64,000 bases of DNA from Dicyema japonicum (taxonomy: Eukaryota > Animalia > Dicyemida). The stretch covers positions 514,310 through 578,309 of the forward strand of contig RDEW01000015.1 in the NCBI GenBank assembly GCA_011109175.1, given 5' to 3'. The translations under genes were made by a program, and so were the position numbers. Below the pieces are notes generated by a model. It was not told the DNA's origin. It saw nothing but the letters and a program-made list of their open reading frames with translations, and made no database searches. Shown here piece by piece: positions 53,811 to 64,000 of this stretch; positions within the stretch are counted from its first letter, which is position 1, and every line of letters begins with the position of its first letter.

Positions 53811-54344
53811 GAGAGAAAGAGAACAAAATTTAACATACAACACCACTAAACCTTATCTAAAAAAGTATGTAAAAACCTTTGAATAATCGATAGTTGAGTT
53901 ATTTGTAATTTTTATCACATAAATAGTTCAGGAACAATTTTGAGCCAATTTAAGGGACTTTACTGTATCACTAAAATGCTGCTGAAAATCTTAAAAGCTG
54001 TAATTATTTGACGTCAAACTGATTTTCCTTATTTAATTTTAACTCCAAAAACCCAAAAAACGTGTTAAAACGAAACAATTAAGTTACTCTTGTTTTAAAT
54101 GCTAGGAATCACAATTCCCACCATCACCTGTTACCATCACGTATCTCTAATAGTAGAATTAGTAGACGGATGAACCTGTTGTAATTGGTAAATCAACTGA
54201 CCCCTTATGATTTGAAGAAAGCAAATAGAAGAACGGAATCTTTCGACCAGGTAGGTATCGATATAGAATTTAAACCCACATCTAATCACGACTCGAGAGA
54301 CCACCAATCACTACAAAAGGAGGATTGAATTATTTGAATTAGTA

Positions 54345-54655
54345 TGGTAATTAATTAAATTATTCCAAAGACCAAGGGAAAAAACAAACTAACTATTCCT
54401 CGATCCTGACGGGTTCCAGTAGAATACTCACCCAAGCACAGTGATCCAGAGGCATTGTTCAGGAAACTGAGGTCGATTCCAGAACTAGTCGTCAGGGATT
54501 ATATCCGGGTTGAATGAATAGATGGATTTTTTGAATGCCGACCAGGCATTGGATGTCTCCTGAGAAGGTGGATCCGATGACGCCACCTGAGGAAAGGAAG
54601 TAATATCTTCAATTAAATAGCCATATGACACCACATGCAACACGCGGCTACAGAG
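54345..54655 (-). mobile_element. SINE family B copy just upstream of PGM2
   Basis: Head, core and tail all match 34556-34805 and 60030-60330. Confidence 0.8.
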
Positions 54656-54759
54656 AAGATTTACAATTTTTAATATGTAAATTTTATACTTTAATATAGT
54701 TATTTGAAATTTTAAATAAATAATAGACAAATAAAGAATTATTATTTGATAATAGATCA

Positions 54760-56970
54760 ATGAGTCAGCATTCCACACAAGTACGTTATTATCTTTATTA
54801 AGAATTTTGAATCCACTGGAGATGAGGAACTTGATAAATCCATATCCAACTGGTTTCAGTGGAATAAAGTTTTCTGCACTTTAAATATAGGAATACAAAA
54901 ATAATGACGAAATCACAAATCTTCTGAAAAATAAAAATTTCGATGAATTAAAGAGTCGCATGCTGACAAGACTTTCATTCGGGACTGCAGGTTTCCGAGA
55001 CAAAATACATTTAAGGAATTCGTGGGAGGATGGAAGCCGGATTTGGACGTTTTAATCAGCTGACCCTCATTCAAATTTCTCAGGTTGATCCTTAACCTGA
55101 AACAGGCCTTAGCGGAGCACATTGTCAAGTCATATTCTGACCAAGACCGCAGAAGAGTGGTTGTGGGTTTCGATGGAAGACATAACAGCCAAAAGTTGGA
55201 CTTCTCTTTATTTGAGATTCGCTCAATTGGTCGTCGGGGCCCTTAGGAGGGTAAATATAAAAGTGTTCTTTTACAACAAATGTGCCCCGACTCCTTTGGT
55301 TGCATTCGGTGTCCGCTATTTCAAATGTTGCTGTGGTGTCATGATCACGGCCTCCCACAATCCAAAGTGGGACAATGGATTCAAGCTGTTTTGGGAGTGC
55401 ACAGCACAAGTTTTTTCTGAAGTTTAATTCCAGGCGGAAAATGAGCATGAGGACGCCGTTTTGGAGGAAATGCAGAAAAATCCTGTCCCCGTGTCATTTT
55501 TGTGGGATACGACCAATGTGGATGATGATTCCTCAGCGGTGGATGAGGCATTCAATGCTTATCTTTTGGAAATGGAAAAGCTGAACTTTTACAAGTTAGT
55601 ACATGAATTATTGTGGGCATGCATCCATCTTCTTACCAAACATCATGTACACGGCAATGCACGGTGTGGGAACTCCCTATGTCCGTGGTTTGTTTGACCA
55701 TATGGGATATTTGCTCCTCCCTTTTCTTGGTTGATGAACAAGTAATTGATTTTTCGATTTCTTAGTGTGAGATCGATCCCGAGTTCACAACAGTCAAATC
55801 CCCTAATCCGGAAGAGAAGGCTTCTCTGGTATGTGGTGTCTATATCTCAGGAAATGGCGACTTTAAGGGCTGATAAAATGGGGATTAGGCTTGTTTTAGC
55901 CACTGATCCAGACGCGGATAGATTAGCCGTCGCGGAAAAACAAAATGAGTAGCTTCTAGCATTATTTCAGTGGAAAGTGGATGATTTTCACGGGAGATCA
56001 GATCGGTACTATTCTGGCATGGTTCCTTCTGCATTGCCGTCGCCAGTTTACTTACTCTGATAGTATTTACCTCACTTAGTCGATTTTAGTTCAAAACACG
56101 TGCATGGTCTCTAGTGTGGTGTCTTCCAAATTCATAAAAACCATGTCTAATGCAGAGGGGTTCATTTTCCACGTGATTTTTTTAATTATTGTCTAGGAGA
56201 CTCTGACTGGCTTTAAGCATATAGGGAACAAGTGCAATGAGCTGTTGGAACAGAATCACTCAGTTCTGTTGGCCTACGAAGAAGCTATTGGTATGATTCA
56301 TGACCTAAATTGAGGATTCATGTGCAATTCCACTATTTTGGACAAGGACGGTATCAGTGCTGCCTTGGTTATCGCCCAAATTGCTGCCTTCCTCAAAGCC
56401 CATGAAACAAATTCTCTGTTGAATGACCAGCTCGAGCGATTATACAACAAATATGGGAGACACGTGACCTCAAACTCGTATTTTATGTCACCTTCTGGGG
56501 AAGTGACGTCCCAACTGTTCAATGATCTCCGAAATTATGGCGGGGAGAATAAGGTATATGATTGGCTTTATTTCAGTACCCAAAGTTCTGTGGTCCGTAC
56601 AGTATTAAGGCTGTTAGAGACCTCACTACAGGATTTGATAGCAACTATGAGGACAATCAGGCGGTTGGGGGAGTATTTTAGTTTTAAGGTTCTCCCGCTG
56701 AGTCTTGTCTCACAAATGATAACCTTTTATTTTGAGAATTCCATTACTGCCACTATAAGGGCGAGTGGGACGGAACCGAAGATCAAATTCTACGTTGAGT
56801 ACATTGGAGACCCTGTGATGAAGTTTTAAGGCAAATATTATTTTAGTGGATTGGAAGAATTTGACGGAAAAGCCGAAGATGCCAATATGAGGGCTAGTCT
56901 GGCTGGATTTCTGGAGATTTTTGTGGACCAATTCTTTAGGCCTGCATATTATGGATTGAAGCCACGTTGA
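54760..56970 (+). CDS. PGM2: Phosphoglucomutase-2 / phosphopentomutase
   Basis: Spliced RLSFGTAG|IRG; catalytic GVMITASHNPKWDNGFK; LATDPDADRLA; YEEAIG; ILDKDGISAA; IRASGTEPKIKFY; ends GLKPR* (TGA 56968-56970). Many 22-30 nt introns. Confidence 0.93.
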
Positions 56971-57559
56971 TTAGATTATTTTTTTCTGAGATTTCTATTA
57001 TTTGGCTTATTAGTGTTGATAATTAAATTTGTAGTGTGATCATTTTTGGAGGAAACGAGTGAGTGAGATAAAAATGAACAGGTGGACTATAGTTAACGGA
57101 GTTTCAGGGTCTGTAAAAATGTGCATAACTTTTTGTGATAAAATGGGCGTGTCTTAACTACTCCTATTGTGGATTTGTGATAAAATTATTTAAAACCACA
57201 ATTTGTTGTTGTTCAGCTAACCAAGTAGTAAATTGGTTCATGGTCGAGGTAGTGAGGTACCTCTATTGCACGAAATGTCTTCACCCCATGTGACCTCTTG
57301 TTTCACTTCGCCGATAAACGAAATGATAGACCTAAGAGACACGAAGTTTAGGAACAAGGAAACGTCAGATGCAGTATGCTCTGGGTTCGTATCACATCTG
57401 ACACAAAATTTGAGGAACAAAGGAATTATTAGATTATTAATTCTCGAAGAGGCTAAGTATATTTTGAGGAAAAAATAAAGCTTATATTGCAGAAAATGTC
57501 TAAAATTATGTTCACCACATTAGAAATCAAAATTACTACAATCATTATTATTATTTAAG

Positions 57560-59660
57560 CACTTCACGAGAGCCATACTAATTATAGCCCCCCATATGCA
57601 GCAAGGAAAAACAAGGTTAGATGTCATCCTTTTCTATGCTCCCCTGTTCCTAGCCAAGGCTCTCATGTTGTCCAGGTCGTCGGAATTTTTTAGATTTCTT
57701 TTGATATTGACCAGGTCTTTTTGTAAGACTATTGGCAGTGTTGTTCTAGGTCTTCCACGATAGCGCCGTCTTGACTAACATAGTATGTTTCCATAGATAT
57801 GTTCGGTGGGGATGTTAATTCCATCCTCAGCACGTGTCCGAAGAGCTTCCATCGGGATTCCAGTACTTCTAAGCTGATAGGTCTAGTGCTGCATCTCTTA
57901 TATAAAGCATTCCTCGATATTCTCGTAGGCCAAGTAGTTCCTGTTATTTTTCTCAGCTGCCCTCTGTGGAACGAGTCTAGTTTTTCCATATACGCTGATG
58001 AGGTCGCCCAAGTTCCAGCGTTATATAAAAGTACGGGTTCTATGAATGAGTCGTATAATAGGATTCTCATTTTTGTGTCGATGCCTCTTTGATTGTGCAA
58101 TAGATTCTTCAGTTTATATAACGCAGCATTGGCTAGAGTTATCCTACGTAAAATATCTTCGCTATCTCCCATAAGTGAACCGAGTTTCTTTACTAGTCGC
58201 CACTTCTCTTCTAGGACGTTACTCATCCTCTTATCTCTGTTCACAGTAAGAAACAATTTCCCTAGTACATCTGGTGCTTTTTATAATAGGTTTTCCAGGA
58301 CCTCTTTGTCTTCAGAAATTAGGTCTACATCGTCCAAGTAGATCACTTTTTCCGTTTTTCCTTGGTATAACGGTCTAAGTTCCCTCATAGTGGCTTCCAA
58401 ATAAATTGTGAATAGTAAAGGAGAAAGGGGGTCTCCTTATGGAGTGCCCGTGTTTGTTTTCAATTTTCTTAAATAGGTCTTTCCGACTCTTACAAGGAGC
58501 TCAGTGTTGGAAAGTAGAATTCGGATCATCCTTAGACTCGACTCATCAAGAAATCCGCTCAGTACCCCCATTAACTTGTTTTTAACCGTATCAAAAGCTC
58601 TTGATAGGTCAATTCCCAGAATATTGGTGGAGTTACGGTATCTTTGATATACTGCACACCCCATCTGTGATTCCATACCGCATCAGCTGTGGATCTCCCT
58701 TCTCGAAGACCACTTTGACTATCTGGTAGGTATTTGTAAGCAGATCCTTTTATTCGTTCAAGCACAATGCTTGCCAAGTTGCGTAATAAATTTAGTAGTA
58801 TGATGAGTCTCAAATTTTCGAGCGGTCCTCTCTTGTTGATTTTTTTGTACAAGGATTAGTAGTCCCATACCCAGAGGTAAATTTGAGTTAGTTGAAAAGA
58901 TTTCATTTAGTAGTGTAGCGATTTTTTCAAAAAGGGGGTCAGGTCCATATTTCAGTAATTCTGGGTTTATCGCATCTGGTCGGAGCTTCTGTTATATTTT
59001 AGTTTTCGGCAGGCCGTTTTGATTTCCTCGGCCGTGATTGGTATCTCCAGGGGTCTTGGCCTTCCATCAAATGGGTGGATTTCTATGGTTTTGATGTTGA
59101 AAAGCTTCTCAAAGTGAGCCGCGATGGCTTCAGTTTGTTCTTCAGTGTTCAGTATCAGCTTACCGTTCTCGTCTTTTATGGTTAGTCGACTTCGGTTTGT
59201 TCGCGCCGAGCAAACAGGCAGCGACGTACACCTGTGCGTTGTCTTTCACTTTGTATACTTTTCTATACAGGAAGCTATTTCTTCTAGAAAAGCTTCTTGT
59301 TCTGCCCTTTTATTTTTCTTCTGACACGTTGCCTTTTGCCCTGAAAGGCTTTATCGTATTAGCGTCAGTGGCATTTGATTTTCTTATGTTTATTTCTTTT
59401 AACTTTTCGCAAGCTCAGGAACATCTGGATGAATAGCCTTCAGGTGCATTTTAATATTCTCCCTTTTCCAAGACATGCCTTAGCAGCTTCGTTGATGATG
59501 TTCTTTGTGCGTTTCCAAACGTCTTCTAACGAGGTATCCATCAATACGCCCTGCATATGAGTCTGAATGTATTGTTGATATTTCTCAGTAGTCTCCGGTT
59601 GGGAAATCAGCCTTTCAGTCGCGTAGTCGCCTCTGATTTTCTCAATACTCACCATAAATT
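57560..59660 (-). mobile_element. RTE-like LINE, decayed, 5'-truncated
   Basis: QSGLREGRSTADAV, LGIDLSRAFDTV, GDPLSPLLFTIYLE, YLDDVD, LLYNAGTWA, LFGHVLR. Confidence 0.88.
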
Positions 59661-60029
59661 AAAAATAATGTTTTTTAGTTCTTGAAATGAGTATCTTTTT
59701 TGGTTGAGGGGTCGATGTGGATCTCTCGCAAATATCTCCGTCGTCTAGCCTCATGTCGGATGCAATATTCTTCAACCTCGGGTTTTTACAATGATTCTCC
59801 AAGTTCTACGATTTTAGGCGAGTCTAGATTCGAACCTGGATCCTACGTGCATCCGAAACTTATTTTGTTCAGATCTTCAGGTTTTCTATGTCGTCCGAGC
59901 CTATCAACTCCTCCAGTTCACGAGAAGAAGAAAGGCAGACTTTCATCAAACATGAAACTAGAAAAACTTTGTTTTCCACCACGCTAGCTTTCGATCAACA
60001 ACCACCCGGCTAACTGGTCTTGGAGTAAC

Positions 60030-60330
60030 AAATAAAATTAATCAAAAGACCAAGGGTAAATCCGAGCTAACTAATTCCATGACCCTGACTCGTTCCAGCA
60101 GGACCTTCACCCAAGAACAATGATTCAGAAGACGTTGTCTGGGGATATGAGGTCGATTCAGGTACTCTCAGCCAGGAAACGAAATTGTCTCACAATGGAA
60201 TGAATAGTTGGATCCTTTTGAATGCCGGCCAGACATTGGGCGTCTCCTTATTAAGGTGGATCCAATGACGTCATCAGAGGGAAGGAAATTTCAACAAATT
60301 AGCCACATAGCACCACGCGGCTCGCTAGTA
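60030..60330 (-). mobile_element. SINE family B copy
   Basis: Reverse complement agccgcgtggtgctatgtggctaatttg…ctgatgacgtcattggatccacc…ggcattcaaaaggatccaa…ttagttag…ccttggtc. Confidence 0.8.
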
Positions 60331-60536
60331 TGAGTAAATAAATTTCGATGTATCAAGGTTTAATTACATTACAAATCAACAACAACCGCCACGTTCACAG
60401 ATCTTTCGTTCTTCCTAAGGTGGGAGTCACGAATTGTTGCTAACACTGATAAAGACAAAAATTTTTAATAAATTTAATAACAAATGGGGAATAAAGCAAC
60501 TTTTAGGAAAAGAATTTAACGTCAGAAAAAAGTTTA

Positions 60537-61652
60537 TCAAAGTAGGAAAGGAATAATCGCTTTTCTCTTTCTCGGATAATCTGTGAATTCCTTTTTATAG
60601 GCCGAGTGCTTCTTAAGAGCCCAGTCAGCCATTTGAATAAACCCAACAACGGCGAAGATCAAAGCTTTAAAATCACAAACAAATTAACAACCAGGAAGAG
60701 ACTGAGCAGCTACACTGAAACTAACCCACGTGAAATATTCATAAAAATAGTTAGGGCATGAAACATAGTTGAAAAGCCACATGAATGGATTCCATGTAGC
60801 ATAGGGAACTTTTCGTACTTTTGAACCTACAAGCTCTCAGATACAAGACACCAGGAGGTCGAAGATCCCTAAAAGTCGTATGGATGAAGAAATTCCCAAC
60901 TTCTGAGAGCTGAGAATGATTAAATCAGAAAACCAGGAAGCACGTGAGGCCTCCATAAAGCTGAATCCTCCCAAAATCTAAAACAAAAAAACTCCAAACA
61001 TGGTGTAGTGTAATATACGTGCGTGTTGCAGTAAGCAATGTATGCTGCGAATCCCCAATAATAAGTACAGTTCTCAATTTAGGCACAAACAACCTTAAAC
61101 AAATTGAAGACCGGCATCGTTGCATGCGAGAATCTGTGGACGAACAATGTCTCGTAGAGCCTTTTAAGGTAATGAGCAATAAATGCCCACGTGCATAATC
61201 TTAGATTACAAACACGTGGGTTACAGTTTGGTTTCATGCGCAAATGAGCTGCTGTGATATATTCCAACCAAAACGTAGTAAATGAGGTAAATTGCAGGAG
61301 GCCCAGAATACTCCATGAGGAAAACCTAGGAGATTGACCCACGTGGTTACGGTTCTCCAGGAAATTTGGAGGCCGAGGTCTTGAAATAACAAAACCAACT
61401 CTTGATCCGAACTTAACGCAGCGAGCATAAAATCGTCTGAGAGTGCCTGAGCAGCTAAACTGATTCTGAAGTGAAACCTTTATCAATTTTGAACGACTGT
61501 TGTGAAGTCGAGATTTTGCTTTTCAAGAAAAAATAGTTCTTTGAGTTCTTTGATGGTACATTCCGAGTCAACCTAGGATATATCACAGTGGTTACCGTTA
61601 TTGATTCAATTTGCTTATTTGTTTTAATATTGTGTATATTTACTGTTATCAT
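60537..61652 (-). CDS. TECR: Very-long-chain enoyl-CoA reductase
   Basis: Ubiquitin-like N-terminus; FQDLGLQISWRTV; AHYLKRLYETLFVHRFSHATMP; C-terminus YKKEFTDYPRKRKAIIPFLL* (stop 60537-60539). Tiny introns. Confidence 0.92.
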
Positions 61653-61949
61653 CCGACGTAATAGCCAAATTAGAACGACCGATTAAATTTAAAAAATAAA
61701 TATAAATTTTTTAATGATTATTTATTTATATAACTTTTCTCTCTTCACTCATGTCGAATACGTGCTTGAAAGATTCTTATAAAACCGAAAGGATCATACA
61801 TGTGGACCATATTTACGGCGAAGGAAGTCTAGTGGGCAATATCAAAGGCCCGAAACTCCAAAGCCCGAGGTCCAGACATTATTTTTACAACGGAACTAAA
61901 GCATCTAGGACCTCTTGCTCTAGATTTAATTGCTTACATATTCACAATA

Positions 61950-63270
61950 TCAATAAATATGAACATTATTCTGGATGTCTGGAATAGATGATACATCAAA
62001 CCAATCTTGAAGCCAGGAAAATCCGATAATGACCCCTCTTCTTACAGACCAATCTCGATTCGAATACTCGAAAGATTAGTTCTTGAAAATATCAAAGACT
62101 ACATCCCGCTCTCTCCTTTCCAAGTGGATTCCGGGCTAAACGCTTCACAGCAACATACCTAACGTCCCTGTGCCAGTTCATTGCGGAGGGATTCAATTCC
62201 ACTAAACCACACCAACGAACAGTCTTGGTCTCTGTTGATATAACAAAGGCTTTCGACAAAGTCTCAAGAAAAATCCTTACTGAGAAAATTTACGATACAT
62301 GCATCCACCCAAACATAAAAATATGGATTGCCAACTTCTTAAGTGGGAGACGTGGACAAGTGATTTGCAATAACATAAAGTCAAAATCCCGTCTCACACC
62401 AAAATGGAGTCCGTCAAGGATCCCCTATCGCCAGCCTTTTTTAATCTTTACATAAACGACATGCAACAAACCTGTAATGAAAAATGCCTAATCCTCTCCT
62501 ATGCCGGCAATATCATTCTTGCCTCCAAGGACAAAAGCATTCAATCACCGACTCAGTCAACAAATGCTTGACATGCTCAAACAATTGCTCTAGAAGCCGA
62601 TACTCGACGCATCAGCAACAAAGCCCTCTGTCACGCTGTTTACCACTTACAAAAGAAAGCTCTGTGTCTAACCAAAAATCTTTATGAAGAACCCGGCTAT
62701 TTCTAATAACAAAACACCGAAGATTCTGGGAGTCACCTTTGATCAGGGACTCACCTTTATCCGACATGTTGAGAACATAGTAACTTCTGCTCTGAGGAAA
62801 ATGAGAATTTTAAAAGTGCTCTCAAAAGCACGTAGAGACCAAACTGGTGGCCTTGCCACGATTTATGAACAATTTATCCGACCCACGATGACGCATGCAA
62901 GTCCTTCGTGGGCAATGCAGATTTCACGATCCTCCTCATTGAAACTATCCGCAATCGAGGAGACCGCAATAAGGATAATTGGACCGGAATACAAAATCCA
63001 GCCTATTGAAAATCTCTGAATCGAATTACAACGGAAACTCTTTAAAGGAGGCTAGTTTACCGAGCTGCCCTCAATTCATACACTATCGAAATATCTACAA
63101 TCATACAGAAATTTTGAGCGATGCCATGTCAATGAGAAGAGCTGTTCAGGATTCTCGACTCCACCGGACTCGTGTTCTCCTTTGTCGGTCTGGGATCACT
63201 TAGTTAGTTGAGAACCTTTTATTTCTTTCTCTTTGACCCGTGATCCTGGAGGTATTAATAATAATGATTC
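61950..63270 (+). mobile_element. I/Jockey-group LINE (family C), RT and 3' tail
   Basis: ILKPGK…SYRPIS, VSVDITKAFDKV, KIWIANFLSGR, TPKILGVTFD; sister of 17270-18560. Confidence 0.88.
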
Positions 63271-63279
63271 TTTTGGTTT

Positions 63280-63480
63280 TCTACCCTCACTTTCAACGCC
63301 AGGGGCCTTAATGTTTGATCGAAGAGGCACCAACTATGTCTGGACCTTAAAAGTATCGATGTTGACTCTGATGTTTTGGGGAGATGGGGGAAAGACCAGT
63401 ATCTCGGATCATACAAACGTGGCACGAGTGGAATTATATCTAATAATAACACTTGAAACCGGGACATCATTTTGTTTAAA
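63280..63480 (+). mobile_element. APE endonuclease start of an RTE-like LINE (fragment)
   Basis: LTFNARGL…KR.QL..DL…IDV. Confidence 0.5.
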
Positions 63481-63499
63481 AACAAGCCAAGTTAGTACG

Positions 63500-63690
63500 A
63501 AGTTGTATAGCCCCCCGGTCACATGTGGTTGTATGTGGCCGTTCGATTTCTTTTCCATGGAGTCATCGATCTACTTAACTCAAGAGACGTCCAATGCCTG
63601 GTCAGCATTCAAAGGGATCCATCTCTTCATTCCACCAGGAGACCATTTCGCTCCCTGTCGGTTGCTTCAACCTAAGCTTGCATGACAGTG
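63500..63690 (+). mobile_element. SINE family B copy
   Basis: caggagac/caagagacgtccaatgcctggtcagcattcaaagggatccatctcttcattcc core. Confidence 0.75.
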
Positions 63691-63727
63691 TCATCTGGAT
63701 AACTGCATTTGGATAAAGACTCTACTG

Positions 63728-63876
63728 CAGTGGTTCTCAACCTTAGTTCCGCAGACCTGATTTTGGAGTTCCACGATTAAAAAGAAATAAAAATTTTAAT
63801 AAAAAATTCGCACGTTATATATTTAGGCTCTGTTACCTTGTGGCTTCTGCGAGCACTTTAAGGTTAGGAACCGACG
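63728..63876. mobile_element. Short non-autonomous hAT (MITE)
   Basis: Left TIR cagtggttctcaacctt, degenerate right TIR aaggttaggaacc; left flank ctcTActg has the central TA typical of Buster targets. Confidence 0.5.
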
Positions 63877-64000
63877 TGTCTTATGAGAAGGGTATACATC
63901 ACCCCTCTCCAATTCCTATTCCCGAAAGCACCCCGCCCACAGAGAAGTTGTGTTGGATCCCAGAAGGCGCACGAGGAGAAAATGAGAATTCTGATTGAGG

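Noticed and set aside
60262-60277. TGACGTCA (CRE/ATF site) as a regulatory element
   Set aside because: It lies inside SINE copies (also 43007) and is not positioned consistently relative to genes.

Overview
AT-rich eukaryotic, animal-type genomic DNA. About ten protein-coding genes can be spliced by hand: beta-tubulin, a small Cys-rich orphan, a DZANK1-like/annexin chimera, an A/B-type cyclin, TBC1D31, Homer, CCT8, cathepsin L, PGM2 and TECR. They are split by very short GT-AG introns (about 22-31 nt wherever I measured them). Between the genes lies a dense set of decayed mobile elements: R4/Dong-like and CRE-like restriction-like-endonuclease (RLE) LINEs, RTE and I/Jockey-like LINEs, Buster-type hAT transposons and at least two tRNA-derived SINE families. 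Animal gene sequences, cilia-associated genes and introns this short point to a dicyemid (mesozoan) or similar reduced animal parasite; this is an inference, not a database result. The strongest novelty is a 16-intron, 729-aa in-frame gene joining DZANK1-specific domains to a complete four-repeat annexin core. Single-base indels in housekeeping genes suggest residual long-read assembly error. No rRNA, intact tRNA or CRISPR array was seen. All family assignments rest on motif recognition from memory, with no searches run. TE boundaries are approximate.
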